A DNA stretch of 64,000 nt. It comes from an uncultured Bacteroidales bacterium (GTDB taxonomy: Bacteria > Bacteroidota > Bacteroidia > Bacteroidales > VadinHA17). The stretch spans positions 443,234 through 507,233 of the forward strand of contig CAVWPG010000004.1 in NCBI GenBank assembly GCA_963756885.1, given 5' to 3'. This document shows, one piece after another, positions 1 through 10,396 of this stretch; position 1 is the stretch's first letter; each line of letters begins with the position of its first letter. The notes beneath the pieces were generated by a model. It saw only the letters and a list, made by a program, of their open reading frames with translations, did not search any database and was not told where the DNA came from. The translations under genes were made by a program, and so were the position numbers.

Positions 1-59
1 CGCGGGTCTGTGATCCGCGCTTTTCGTTTTATGGCGAGGTCACGATAGTGATATTCGAC

Positions 60-108
60 ATAGCTGGCGAGGATTTGCAATCCGTGATAGCTGGCGCGGA
101 TTTGCAAT
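60..108. repeat. 27-bp REP-like tandem units (ATAGCTGGCG(A/C)GGATTTGCAATCCGTG); unit 1 intact, unit 2 interrupted by IS
   Basis: Palindromic core CGGATT-TGC-AATCCG; the unit continues at 1547-1582 and 3021-3034 on the far sides of the IS copies; related hairpin at 1-20. Confidence 0.8.
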
Positions 109-1546
109 CAGGGGTGTTCGGAAGAATCAAAAAATCAAAAACCGAGCTGGTATTAACAATTTATTAATGAGGATGTTAATAATGCTGTTCGATTTTGTGT
201 TTTCCTGCTGATATGAACAATTTTTATTTATGTTGTTTGTAACAATCTCCTAATCAAGAATATAAATAGATTTTGACCTCCTATATTTACATCAAGATTT
301 TAGGACGGATGAAATCTGAGACCAATAAAATATCCATTACACAACTACTCGCCTTAATCCCTGATGAGGATATCAGGCAAATAGCCAAAAAAACTCTGGT
401 AGATTATTATTCAAAGATTTTAGATGGGAGAAGTCTTCTGTGTCTAATTCTTTACTCATTAATAGAAAGCCAGCGTAATAGTTTACGCACCATGGAGGAT
501 ATTTTCAACAGCTCTGCTTTTAAATTCCTCTTTAATCTTGATCCAAATAAAAAAGTTAAATACAACTCCATCTCAGAGCGGCTTTCAGTAATAAATATTG
601 ATTTCTTCAAAAAATCTTATGAGCTCATATACAATCAGTTCAGTCAGCATTATAACGAGCAGGAAATAGAGAATCTCAAATTAGTCCGGGTAGATTCTAC
701 AATGGTTGCAGAAGCAGCGAATAAGCTTTTAAATGGAATGAACATCGGAAAGAAAAAGGATGGTAAAAAACAGATAAAATTTACGGTAGCTTATGACGGA
801 AAGTATCCTTGTATGTCAGAACTCTTTACTGATAAGAGATATTTATCTGAAGATCTGGCGATACCTGAAGTTATTTACAAATACGCTGAAAAAAATAAGA
901 GCTCAGTGTTTGTGTTTGATCGGGGAGTAGCGAAGCGTGAAGTATTTTGCAATTTAGATAATCAAGAAAACATTTATTTTGTTACCAGGTTAAAAGATAA
1001 CTTCCGATATAGGATAATCAAACAGATAGAACAGGGAACGAACAGACCAGTTGGTTCTTTAGATTTAATAAGTGATCAGATTATACAGTTGGGTAAACCA
1101 GACAGTAACCAGTTTTTAGAAAATCACTTCAGAATGATAATCGCAATTAGCCCCGAGACCAAAATTACTTATTACTTCTTAACTAATTTATTTGACAAAA
1201 AAGCTGAAGAAATACTCTCATTCTACAAGAAACGGTGGGATATAGAGGTATTTTTTAGGTTTCTGAAACAGGAATTAAACTTATCACACATAACATCAAC
1301 AAGCGAAAATGGAATGATGATCATAATGTATATGACCATGATTGCATCAATGTTGGTGTTGACCTATAAACGGATAAATAATGTTGGATACAAAACTGCT
1401 GTTCGCCGAATATCGTTTGAACTGAATGAGTTCATAATAAAGTTAATCGTAATGCGATGTGGCGGTGATCCAAGCTTAGTTTTTCGTTAAATGCAAAAAC
1501 CTGTTTTAATTTTTGCGTTCTTTGAAAAATCTTCCGAACACCCCTG
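109..1546 (+). mobile_element. IS4-family insertion sequence, copy 1 (1438 bp)
   Basis: 17-bp perfect terminal IRs CAGGGGTGTTCGGAAGA; 9-bp target duplication ATTTGCAAT at 100-108 and 1547-1555; AT-rich relative to host. Confidence 0.93.
309..1490 (+). CDS. IS4-family DDE transposase
   Basis: VDST, FDRG and YKKRWDIEVFFRFLKQ (Y-R-E-K signature) motifs; ATG at 309 preferred over the TTG at 273. Confidence 0.92.
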   Translation: MKSETNKISITQLLALIPDEDIRQIAKKTLVDYYSKILDGRSLLCLILYSLIESQRNSLRTMEDIFNSSAFKFLFNLDPNKKVKYNSISERLSVINIDFFKKSYELIYNQFSQHYNEQEIENLKLVRVDSTMVAEAANKLLNGMNIGKKKDGKKQIKFTVAYDGKYPCMSELFTDKRYLSEDLAIPEVIYKYAEKNKSSVFVFDRGVAKREVFCNLDNQENIYFVTRLKDNFRYRIIKQIEQGTNRPVGSLDLISDQIIQLGKPDSNQFLENHFRMIIAISPETKITYYFLTNLFDKKAEEILSFYKKRWDIEVFFRFLKQELNLSHITSTSENGMMIIMYMTMIASMLVLTYKRINNVGYKTAVRRISFELNEFIIKLIVMRCGGDPSLVFR

Positions 1547-1582
1547 ATTTGCAATCCGTGATAGCTGGCGCGGATTTGCAAT

Positions 1583-3020
1583 CAGGGGTGTTCGGAAGAA
1601 TCAAAAAATCAAAAACCGAGCTGGTATTAACAATTTATTAATGAGGATGTTAATAATGCTGTTCGATTTTGTGTTTTCCTGCTGATATGAACAATTTTTA
1701 TTTATGTTGTTTGTAACAATCTCCTAATCAAGAATATAAATAGATTTTGACCTCCTATATTTACATCAAGATTTTAGGACGGATGAAATCTGAGACCAAT
1801 AAAATATCCATTACACAACTACTCGCCTTAATCCCTGATGAGGATATCAGGCAAATAGCCAAAAAAACTCTGGTAGATTATTATTCAAAGATTTTAGATG
1901 GGAGAAGTCTTCTGTGTCTAATTCTTTACTCATTAATAGAAAGCCAGCGTAATAGTTTACGCACCATGGAGGATATTTTCAACAGCTCTGCTTTTAAATT
2001 CCTCTTTAATCTTGATCCAAATAAAAAAGTTAAATACAACTCCATCTCAGAGCGGCTTTCAGTAATAAATATTGATTTCTTCAAAAAATCTTATGAGCTC
2101 ATATACAATCAGTTCAGTCAGCATTATAACGAGCAGGAAATAGAGAATCTCAAATTAGTCCGGGTAGATTCTACAATGGTTGCAGAAGCAGCGAATAAGC
2201 TTTTAAATGGAATGAACATCGGAAAGAAAAAGGATGGTAAAAAACAGATAAAATTTACGGTAGCTTATGACGGAAAGTATCCTTGTATGTCAGAACTCTT
2301 TACTGATAAGAGATATTTATCTGAAGATCTGGCGATACCTGAAGTTATTTACAAATACGCTGAAAAAAATAAGAGCTCAGTGTTTGTGTTTGATCGGGGA
2401 GTAGCGAAGCGTGAAGTATTTTGCAATTTAGATAATCAAGAAAACATTTATTTTGTTACCAGGTTAAAAGATAACTTCCGATATAGGATAATCAAACAGA
2501 TAGAACAGGGAACGAACAGACCAGTTGGTTCTTTAGATTTAATAAGTGATCAGATTATACAGTTGGGTAAACCAGACAGTAACCAGTTTTTAGAAAATCA
2601 CTTCAGAATGATAATCGCAATTAGCCCCGAGACCAAAATTACTTATTACTTCTTAACTAATTTATTTGACAAAAAAGCTGAAGAAATACTCTCATTCTAC
2701 AAGAAACGGTGGGATATAGAGGTATTTTTTAGGTTTCTGAAACAGGAATTAAACTTATCACACATAACATCAACAAGCGAAAATGGAATGATGATCATAA
2801 TGTATATGACCATGATTGCATCAATGTTGGTGTTGACCTATAAACGGATAAATAATGTTGGATACAAAACTGCTGTTCGCCGAATATCGTTTGAACTGAA
2901 TGAGTTCATAATAAAGTTAATCGTAATGCGATGTGGCGGTGATCCAAGCTTAGTTTTTCGTTAAATGCAAAAACCTGTTTTAATTTTTGCGTTCTTTGAA
3001 AAATCTTCCGAACACCCCTG
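1583..3020 (+). mobile_element. IS4-family insertion sequence, copy 2 (appears identical to copy 1)
   Basis: Same IRs; TSD ATTTGCAAT at 1574-1582 and 3021-3029; offset 1474 bp from copy 1. Confidence 0.9.
1783..2964 (+). CDS. IS4-family DDE transposase (copy 2)
   Basis: Translation identical to copy 1. Confidence 0.9.
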   Translation: MKSETNKISITQLLALIPDEDIRQIAKKTLVDYYSKILDGRSLLCLILYSLIESQRNSLRTMEDIFNSSAFKFLFNLDPNKKVKYNSISERLSVINIDFFKKSYELIYNQFSQHYNEQEIENLKLVRVDSTMVAEAANKLLNGMNIGKKKDGKKQIKFTVAYDGKYPCMSELFTDKRYLSEDLAIPEVIYKYAEKNKSSVFVFDRGVAKREVFCNLDNQENIYFVTRLKDNFRYRIIKQIEQGTNRPVGSLDLISDQIIQLGKPDSNQFLENHFRMIIAISPETKITYYFLTNLFDKKAEEILSFYKKRWDIEVFFRFLKQELNLSHITSTSENGMMIIMYMTMIASMLVLTYKRINNVGYKTAVRRISFELNEFIIKLIVMRCGGDPSLVFR

Positions 3021-3045
3021 ATTTGCAATCCGTGCCTGCCATGAT

Positions 3046-3118
3046 ATTGTCATGCCATGGGATTGTCATGCCATGGGATTGTCATGCAACGGATTGTCAT
3101 GCCATGGCATGACACTAC
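3046..3118. repeat. Four ~16-bp tandem units (ATTGTCATGCCATGGG) ending in a 20-bp perfect palindrome with a GTAG foot
   Basis: Units at 3046, 3062, 3078, 3093; TGTCATGCCATGGCATGACA at 3095-3114 followed by CTAC (GTAG on the minus strand). Confidence 0.75.
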
Positions 3119-4203
3119 TACAGATATTTATCTTTTGTGGATTTCTTGACGTCCTCGAGGAATTGCTTTATATTCTGTTCCTCCTCCTTCCTCACAATCA
3201 GCAGTACATCGTCGGCATCGACAATAATATAGTCGTTAAGGCCCTGCAAAACAGCTACCTTCCCGGGTGAGATATTGATTATATTCCCCTTGTTGTCGTA
3301 CGAGAACACATCTCCCCTGACAAGGGCATTTCCCTTATGATCAACAGGAGCATGTTCATAAAGGGAGCTCCAGGTGCCAAGATCGGACCACCCTATATCA
3401 GTGCATTTGACATATACATTTTCAGCCTTCTCCATAATTCCGTAATCGATCGATATACTCTTGCATTCGGAGTAGGTCTTTCCAATAAAGCTCTTCTCCT
3501 GATCAGTGCCGAAATAGCTCCTCCCTTCGTCAAATACGGAATATGTATCAGGAAGATATTTTTCAAAAGCCGAAATGATTGATTTTATATTCCAGACAAA
3601 GATCCCCGAATTCCAGTAAAAGTCTCCGCTTTCAATAAATACCCTGGCCAGATCAATATCTGGCTTTTCGGTAAATGTCTTGACTTTCAGTAAATTCCCA
3701 AAACCATAAGCGGGCTTCTTCTGATCAGCCTGGATGTAGCCATAACCCGTTTCGGGCCTGTCAGGCTTGATACCCATCGTTATAAGGGCATCATTGCTCT
3801 GGGCGAACCTGAAGCAGTCCTGGATCTCCTCACAGAACTTATCTTCCTTTACAATAAGGTGATCGGAAGGAGTAACAGCTATTACTGCATCAGGATTTTC
3901 CTTGAGGATCCTGAAGGTCCCATAGGCAATACAGGGTGCTGTATTACGACGTAAAGGCTCGCCCAGAACATGCGACGGCTCTATATCGAGCTGCTCAAGC
4001 ACCAGGTCCTTATGGTCAGCACTGGTCACTACAAATATGTTTTTCTCAGGGCATGTAGTTTTAAACCTTCTGTATGTCTGCTGGATCAGGGTCTCCCCTC
4101 TTCCCAGGATGTCAAGAAACTGCTTCGGTTTTTCGCTACGGCTGAGTGGCCAGAAACGGCTGCCCACTCCACCTGCCATAATTATTACATACCTGTTATC
4201 CAT
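3118..4203 (-). CDS. manC: Mannose-1-phosphate guanylyltransferase
   Basis: IMAGGVGSRFWPLSR, PKQFL, RNTAP, ETGYGYI, WNSG, WSDLGTW motifs. Confidence 0.95.
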   Translation of the reverse strand: MDNRYVIIMAGGVGSRFWPLSRSEKPKQFLDILGRGETLIQQTYRRFKTTCPEKNIFVVTSADHKDLVLEQLDIEPSHVLGEPLRRNTAPCIAYGTFRILKENPDAVIAVTPSDHLIVKEDKFCEEIQDCFRFAQSNDALITMGIKPDRPETGYGYIQADQKKPAYGFGNLLKVKTFTEKPDIDLARVFIESGDFYWNSGIFVWNIKSIISAFEKYLPDTYSVFDEGRSYFGTDQEKSFIGKTYSECKSISIDYGIMEKAENVYVKCTDIGWSDLGTWSSLYEHAPVDHKGNALVRGDVFSYDNKGNIINISPGKVAVLQGLNDYIIVDADDVLLIVRKEEEQNIKQFLEDVKKSTKDKYL

Positions 4204-4326
4204 GCCATATGTGATTTTGATTTACTTAATGCAAATATATAATTAATTATGTATATGAGTTTCACAACCATCTTTAAGGAAATACAGTAAATATTAGTAA
4301 TTTTAACCGCACCAGAATTTAAGACA

Positions 4327-5070
4327 ATGATCGGATTTCTTACACAGCTGGGTAAGTATGTTCTGCTTCTTAAAAAAGTCTTTTCCAAGCCCGAGAAAAG
4401 AATAGTGTACTACAGGCAAACGATGAAGGAATTTGTAAATCTTGGGCTAACTTCAATCGGAATAATAGCTATAATTTCTTTCTTCATGGGGGCTGTCATC
4501 ACCCTTCAGACAGCCTATAATACAGAAAACCCGATATATCCAAAATATCTGATCGGCCTGGGCTGCCGCGACTCCATGATCCTTGAATTCTCATCAACAA
4601 TAGCGGCATTGATACTGGCCGGGAAAGTAGGTTCGAACATTGCGGCAGAAATAGGTACTATGCGGGTTACCGAACAAATTGACGCCCTTGAGATAATGGG
4701 TATCAATTCCGCCTCTTACCTTATACTTCCAAAACTGATTGCCACGCTTATTTTCAATCCGTTCCTTACACTTATAGCAATAATCGTAGGGATCTTCGGG
4801 GGAGGAATAGCCGGCACCCTGTCAGGGGTTATTACGACAGAGAACTTCATATACGGGATCCAGTATGCCTTCATCCCCTATTATATAACCTACTCTCTTA
4901 TCAAGACTGTCGTATTCGCCTTCATTATAACAAGCGTTTCAGCTTTCCAGGGCTATTATGTCGAGGGCGGTTCCCTCGAGGTTGGAAGAGCCAGCACGAG
5001 GGCTGTTGTCTTCAGCAGCGTTCTTATCCTCCTGTTCAATGTAATCCTAACGCAACTGCTGCTGTCATGA
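4327..5070 (+). CDS. mlaE: MlaE-family ABC permease
   Basis: GSNIAAEIGTMRVTEQIDALEIMG signature; multiple TM helices. Confidence 0.92.
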   Translation: MIGFLTQLGKYVLLLKKVFSKPEKRIVYYRQTMKEFVNLGLTSIGIIAIISFFMGAVITLQTAYNTENPIYPKYLIGLGCRDSMILEFSSTIAALILAGKVGSNIAAEIGTMRVTEQIDALEIMGINSASYLILPKLIATLIFNPFLTLIAIIVGIFGGGIAGTLSGVITTENFIYGIQYAFIPYYITYSLIKTVVFAFIITSVSAFQGYYVEGGSLEVGRASTRAVVFSSVLILLFNVILTQLLLS

Positions 5071-5822
5071 TAAACGTAAGACACCTAAGCAAATCATTTA
5101 ACGGGAAGACAGTCCTGGAGAATATCAACGTGAGATTTGAAACGGGGAAGACCAATCTTATAATAGGCAGAAGCGGGTCAGGAAAAACAGTGCTTCTCAA
5201 ATCGATTGTAGGTTTGCACGATATCGACAAGGGAGAGGTCTGGTACGAGGACACACAGTTCAATACACTCAGCTTTGAGAACAAGAAAAAAATCCGAAGC
5301 GAGATGGGCATGCTCTTTCAGGGCAGCGCCCTCTTCGATTCACTCACGGTTGAACAGAATGTCAGGTTCCCTCTCGACATGTTCGCAGAAATGAACAATG
5401 AGGAAAAAGAGGAGAGGGTCAATTTCTGCCTTGAAAGAGTCAACATATTAAATGCAAATCAATTATACCCTGCAGAACTGTCAGGTGGTATGAAAAAAAG
5501 GGTAGCGATAGCGAGAGCTATTTCCCTTAATCCCAAGTATCTTTTCTGCGATGAACCCAATTCAGGGCTCGATCCCCTTACTGCAATCCTTATCGATGCC
5601 CTTATCAAGGAACTTACTGAGGAGTACTCGATGACAACGATAATCAACACCCATGATATGAACTCGGTCATGGAGATAGGTGAAAAGATCATTTTCATCA
5701 ATGATGGCCGGAAATACTGGGAAGGAAATAAAAACGAAATACTTTCATCCGACTGCGAACCACTCAACGATTTTGTTTTTGCAAATTCCCTGGCCAAAAA
5801 GCTCAGGTCAGCCGGAAAATAA
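5067..5822 (+). CDS. mlaF: MlaF-family ABC ATP-binding protein
   Basis: Walker A GRSGSGKT, LSGGMKKRVAIARA, DEPNSGLDP; ATGA-coupled to mlaE. Confidence 0.9.
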   Translation: MINVRHLSKSFNGKTVLENINVRFETGKTNLIIGRSGSGKTVLLKSIVGLHDIDKGEVWYEDTQFNTLSFENKKKIRSEMGMLFQGSALFDSLTVEQNVRFPLDMFAEMNNEEKEERVNFCLERVNILNANQLYPAELSGGMKKRVAIARAISLNPKYLFCDEPNSGLDPLTAILIDALIKELTEEYSMTTIINTHDMNSVMEIGEKIIFINDGRKYWEGNKNEILSSDCEPLNDFVFANSLAKKLRSAGK

Positions 5823-5833
5823 AAAGAGGTGAT

Positions 5834-6022
5834 TTACTTCTTGATCTCCTCGTAATCTATATACTCGCCTACTTCCTTTGATACCTTTTTATTCCCCGTT
5901 CCGTTATCCTTATCCTGTCCACTATTCACAGAGGACGATCTGCTGCCTTCCCCGTACCTGGCAAAAGACCGCGCAATAAGATATACAATAAGCCCAATCA
6001 ATAAATAACGAATCAGAATCAT
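5834..6022 (-). CDS. Small membrane-anchored protein (DUF4834-like)
   Basis: N-terminal TM helix, C-terminal GEYIDYEEIK motif typical of this Bacteroidota family. Confidence 0.75.
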   Translation of the reverse strand: MILIRYLLIGLIVYLIARSFARYGEGSRSSSVNSGQDKDNGTGNKKVSKEVGEYIDYEEIKK

Positions 6023-6029
6023 GTATAAA

Positions 6030-8708
6030 TCATTTTTTATCAGTTTCTATTTTATAATTGTAAAGGAACCTGTCAGTGCCTCCCACTATCAGGTGCCATC
6101 CGCTTCTGTCCGACAATTTTCCGATTGAGAACATTGAAGCGCCCCTGAGAGGAAATCCCTCCATCGTCCTACCCTTGGCATCAATAAGGTATATGAGGTT
6201 TTTTGTCACATCAAACAACCCTATCTTCCTGTCGTTTCCCGAAAAAACAAAGGTTATCGGCCCACCAATATTATCCGAACCAAAATCACGGGAAAACAGC
6301 TTTGCCCTTTCATGGCTGTAAAGATACAACACACCCTTGTCAATAAAAATATACTCGCCGAATCCATCTCCGTTTATATCAAAAATATCAAACGAGTGCT
6401 CTGCTGAAAATTGCTTCAGGCTGAATTTTCTGACTGTCCCATCAAAGTAAATATGCTGAATGGTGCCGTCAGGTGCAGTGCAGACTACCGAAGGATCAGA
6501 GCCCGGGGTGAGCCTGATGGCTGATCCTTTTGCCCTTGTTACAGGCTGACTGAGATTAAGTCTCTTGTTTCCCCTGCGGTCGAGAAAATAAACCGAATTA
6601 TCGTCGGAGGCTACGATATAGTCCTTGCCGGAAACCTTAAAATAAGCCACCTCCGAAATGACCGTTCCAGCCGTCCTGAATGGCTGCCAACCTTTTACAA
6701 CACTGCCCGTTTTGTCGTAGGAGTAGATCATTTTATCTTCACCGGCAATAAACAGCCTGTAATTCAAATTATTGTCGTAATCAAATATTGCAAGGGAATT
6801 GGTTGCAGCTGATCTCAGCCTTACAGGGTATCTCTCTACATAATTGCCGTTCCTGTCGAGCAGGTGAAGATAATTTTTACCTGAAAACAACAGCTGGTAC
6901 TTTCCGTTCCTGAAATAATCAACCATATAGATGTTGCCCGTTATCCTTTCCCGCAGAGGCACCTTCCACAAGACCCTGCCCGCCGCATTGATAAGGTAAG
7001 TATTGTTGTTAAGGTCCTGAATGAATATCTCCTTTACCCCTGTTATATGATTTGTGAAGAAAAATGGCTTAATGGCGGCAACAGTATCGAGAAGTGTTTC
7101 CCATTCAGTAGTGGATTCCTCCCTTGCATCCTCCTTAAACCTCAAAGAAAGGCTGTTGTATACCATGCCATTGCTGGAGGCAAGCTGGTATCCGGCAGAT
7201 TGCAGCTTATTGAGTGAGGCTTTGTTTGCTTTAAGCGCCGCAATAATATTGTCATTCAGGAACCGGGAGAGATAACCTGTCATCCGGGACGGAACGCAAT
7301 AGAAGAAATAACCCGACCTGCTTGGCAGGGTGCTCTCAAAATCCCTGTAAATAAGGTCATTTGCAAGTGTCTTGTTCAGAAGATTATCATATAGCAGCCT
7401 GCAGACCGTTGCATAGGAGCTGCCCGAGATCATGAAATTATCATAGAACGTGAAATATGTTTCATCGAATCCTGAAACAAACCCCGGCTTAAGTATCCCG
7501 CTTAGCTTTGTAAAAGATGTCTTGTAAACGGGCAATTTCACCTGGTCGTCCGGTTCAAAAAAATCAATCTCAGGCTTTGGCCCCAGTTCTTCAAGTAATA
7601 TTTCTTCGGCCCGCACCCTGTTTGTCATCTCATAGACAACGAGTGAATTGGCTTCAAGGGGCTGATTCTTTATATCTACTATTGCCTTTGTAATTTCCTC
7701 CCCTGTACATTCCTTCAGCTTTTCCGCCAGATGTGCGGAGGGCCCCTGCCCCTGATTCATACGGGCCGACTGCTGACCTGCCTCAGGGATAATATAAGTC
7801 TCAAAAAGAACGGTTGCAGAAGGGAGAATTTTATAATTATGCAATTCCCTGGGAGTTATGTACTTGAACTTATAAAGATAATTTGTTGAATCAGTACTTT
7901 CCGTATATCCGCTCAGAACCACTCCATTCTCGTTTATATAGATATCGCTCCCGGCTGTGCCGGCAAGCCCGGGGACCCTGGCTGCAAGATCCTTACTGCC
8001 AGGCAGAAGCCATCTTCTGATCATTTCAGGAAGATTGGAAAAAACAACAAAGATTTTATCGGCGTTTTTGCCTGAGGCAAGATGAACCCTTGAAAATCCG
8101 GGCAGATCCCTGATATCTCCCTCTCCTGTCATCTGTGCCGCAGCATCCTGCACTACGGTCCCGGATTTACTGCAAAGCAACAAGCCTGAAGCTATTGAAA
8201 AAAAGAGTGTATCGCTCCTTTCATTTACATCAAAGGGGATCCCGAGCATTTCAAGGCTTCCCGATTTGGTTTCAGTGATATTGCCAATTCCGGATGAATG
8301 GAGGATCTCCTTTAAATGTCTCAGCCTGATTGTGGCCGGAAGACCAGCTGTAAGAAGAGGATTAAGGCTGCCTTCCCCGTCAGGAGTAAATGAGATCAGT
8401 ATGGTTGCTCCGTCAGTCAGCTGCTTATAAGCAGGCTTATTCAGCTGATCAGCAAGAAAGCCGAGCTCCTTTTCGAAGGCTGCCAGTTCCTTTATTTTTC
8501 CCAGTTCACCGAAGAGCCCCTTGCCTGTTGTAAGGGAGTTGAGAAAGCTTTGAAGATCCACGGTCTCAATAACTATGGATGAAGCCGGAGATATTGCCTT
8601 GAAGGGATCCGTTTGAAGCCGCTTTCTTCCCTGCTGGATATAAAATCCAAGGACCGCCAGACCGATAACCAGGATTATAACAGAGAATATTGTTAGCTTT
8701 TTCCCCAC
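6030..8708 (-). CDS. Conserved membrane-anchored protein (DUF3352-like) with C-terminal beta-propeller-like region
   Basis: 892-aa ORF, N-terminal TM anchor, DYFRNGKYQLLF / DINGDG repeats; family assignment from recognition only. Confidence 0.7.
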   Translation of the reverse strand: MGKKLTIFSVIILVIGLAVLGFYIQQGRKRLQTDPFKAISPASSIVIETVDLQSFLNSLTTGKGLFGELGKIKELAAFEKELGFLADQLNKPAYKQLTDGATILISFTPDGEGSLNPLLTAGLPATIRLRHLKEILHSSGIGNITETKSGSLEMLGIPFDVNERSDTLFFSIASGLLLCSKSGTVVQDAAAQMTGEGDIRDLPGFSRVHLASGKNADKIFVVFSNLPEMIRRWLLPGSKDLAARVPGLAGTAGSDIYINENGVVLSGYTESTDSTNYLYKFKYITPRELHNYKILPSATVLFETYIIPEAGQQSARMNQGQGPSAHLAEKLKECTGEEITKAIVDIKNQPLEANSLVVYEMTNRVRAEEILLEELGPKPEIDFFEPDDQVKLPVYKTSFTKLSGILKPGFVSGFDETYFTFYDNFMISGSSYATVCRLLYDNLLNKTLANDLIYRDFESTLPSRSGYFFYCVPSRMTGYLSRFLNDNIIAALKANKASLNKLQSAGYQLASSNGMVYNSLSLRFKEDAREESTTEWETLLDTVAAIKPFFFTNHITGVKEIFIQDLNNNTYLINAAGRVLWKVPLRERITGNIYMVDYFRNGKYQLLFSGKNYLHLLDRNGNYVERYPVRLRSAATNSLAIFDYDNNLNYRLFIAGEDKMIYSYDKTGSVVKGWQPFRTAGTVISEVAYFKVSGKDYIVASDDNSVYFLDRRGNKRLNLSQPVTRAKGSAIRLTPGSDPSVVCTAPDGTIQHIYFDGTVRKFSLKQFSAEHSFDIFDINGDGFGEYIFIDKGVLYLYSHERAKLFSRDFGSDNIGGPITFVFSGNDRKIGLFDVTKNLIYLIDAKGRTMEGFPLRGASMFSIGKLSDRSGWHLIVGGTDRFLYNYKIETDKK

Positions 8709-8809
8709 TAAAAATCAGTTTTTACTTGTTATCTCCCAAAATTAACAAATAAAAAGATTAATCCGCCCGATTTTATACAGGGAGGTAAAAACCTGAAGCG
8801 ACTCCCGTA

Positions 8810-10396
8810 TCAGGCCTCTTCCGTAACTTTCCAGCCTATTGATTCTGCAAATGCCTGAACGGGATCTTTCAGGTCGCCGTAAAATGTGACCCTGTGCCAT
8901 CCCCACTTGTCCCACATTGTGAAAAGCTTTTCGATATCTCCCACCGGTTCGGCACACAGCTTGGTCCTGCATGCCCTGTCATCGGGATCATTCCCTACAG
9001 CTACAGCCTGGTGGAAAAGGATCTCTTTCTTATCCTTATCTATCTGCAGGCTTGTAGTCAGGTAATTGACTGGCAGGATTGACCTCACGGAAGCCCCGTT
9101 CCTGTCCTCCGAATGAGTCAGGATACTGAACGGGTTCACAGGACCTGCGGGACCGAAGACCCTGTTCGGGGCAACACAATGGGAGTAGATTATCTGCCGT
9201 CTGGAAGTATCTATAACAGGATCCGAAATATATCCCGGCCGGCCGCCGGTCATGGCAGCAAAGGCAACCATTGTTGCCGTTGAACGCACATCGCATTCGC
9301 ATCCTCCTACCAGTCCCTCATTGTTCAACTCGTGAAACCCCAGGCAGGGATATGCATGGATATGACCACCGTAAAAGCCTCCCAGGCAGTTTATTGTTAT
9401 TGCACTGGCACCATGATCCTTTAACACCGATTTCATTCCTATATACATTGCCGCCGATGTGAGAAGCGTTTCATCAGGTACTCCGGTTATTTCAAGGGCT
9501 GTCTTCTTCCACCTGTCCATGATTGCAGCAGATTCATCCCTGCCTGCCTTTTCCCATGCTGAATTAACTTCGGCAAATGTTATATACTCAAGAGGTATGC
9601 CCATTATAGCATCGGCTTTCTCTGCCTTCTGGTCCCTGACAGCAAGGATCCTCGATTCCGAAAGCTGCCTGACTGTTTCTTCAGGTCCTAAAAAAGCGAT
9701 TGCATCTCCGTTGAGGGCAAAATTCCCGGGAGTCTTTTCGCTGCCCAGCCTTACCCTGGTAACTGCTTCGGCAAAGCTGCCGGCCGAATTTCCTCCCTTA
9801 ACCTGTCTGAAGCATCTTACTGCCGATAACAGATCCTCCATACGGGAAGAGGCCACATAACCCACGTTGGCTGTTTTATTGCGCAGGAACGACGAATTGT
9901 AGACCAGGAACCCTCCGCTTCCACCGAACTGAAAATCGGCATAAAGAACCGGCTTGCCCGTCCTGGCAGCTGTCTGCACTACCTGGTTCCAGCAATTCAT
10001 CTGAAAAACTATATACCCGTCAACCTTTTCAGCCTGGTCTCCTGCCACAATCTTCCCTGCATCTTCCTCTCCCTTTGCCAGGGCAGGAAGAAATTCAATA
10101 TCCGGAAAATTTTTGGTCAGGGCCATATTGAAGCGGGTCATAACCGGGTTGAAGTCAAATCCGATATTTGGCCAGTCGGGCTGCTCCTGAACAGGAGCGT
10201 GCAGAGAGTATATTACACGGATCTTCATGCTTCCCGTATTATCTGAGCCAGGCAATGATGAGTCAATAAAACTCAGGGGGGCAAACGCTGCACAGGCAGC
10301 GCAGGCAGAACAGGATGAGATGAAATTTCTCCTTGTGACACAATTTACCTTTCCCGTCCCGGCCTTTCCGGACATATCGGATGCTGTTGTTTTCAT
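8810..10396 (-). CDS. L-fucose/L-arabinose isomerase-like protein with twin-arginine signal
   Basis: TRRNFI Tat motif; AITINCL, YPCLG, CECD, HC and GWHRVTFYGD motifs resembling the FucI/AraA superfamily. Confidence 0.65.
   Translation of the reverse strand: MKTTASDMSGKAGTGKVNCVTRRNFISSCSACAACAAFAPLSFIDSSLPGSDNTGSMKIRVIYSLHAPVQEQPDWPNIGFDFNPVMTRFNMALTKNFPDIEFLPALAKGEEDAGKIVAGDQAEKVDGYIVFQMNCWNQVVQTAARTGKPVLYADFQFGGSGGFLVYNSSFLRNKTANVGYVASSRMEDLLSAVRCFRQVKGGNSAGSFAEAVTRVRLGSEKTPGNFALNGDAIAFLGPEETVRQLSESRILAVRDQKAEKADAIMGIPLEYITFAEVNSAWEKAGRDESAAIMDRWKKTALEITGVPDETLLTSAAMYIGMKSVLKDHGASAITINCLGGFYGGHIHAYPCLGFHELNNEGLVGGCECDVRSTATMVAFAAMTGGRPGYISDPVIDTSRRQIIYSHCVAPNRVFGPAGPVNPFSILTHSEDRNGASVRSILPVNYLTTSLQIDKDKKEILFHQAVAVGNDPDDRACRTKLCAEPVGDIEKLFTMWDKWGWHRVTFYGDLKDPVQAFAESIGWKVTEEA

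Noticed and set aside
3052-3270. ORF MPWDCHAMG... and the repeat-derived ORFs at 53821-54627
   Set aside because: Translations of short tandem repeats
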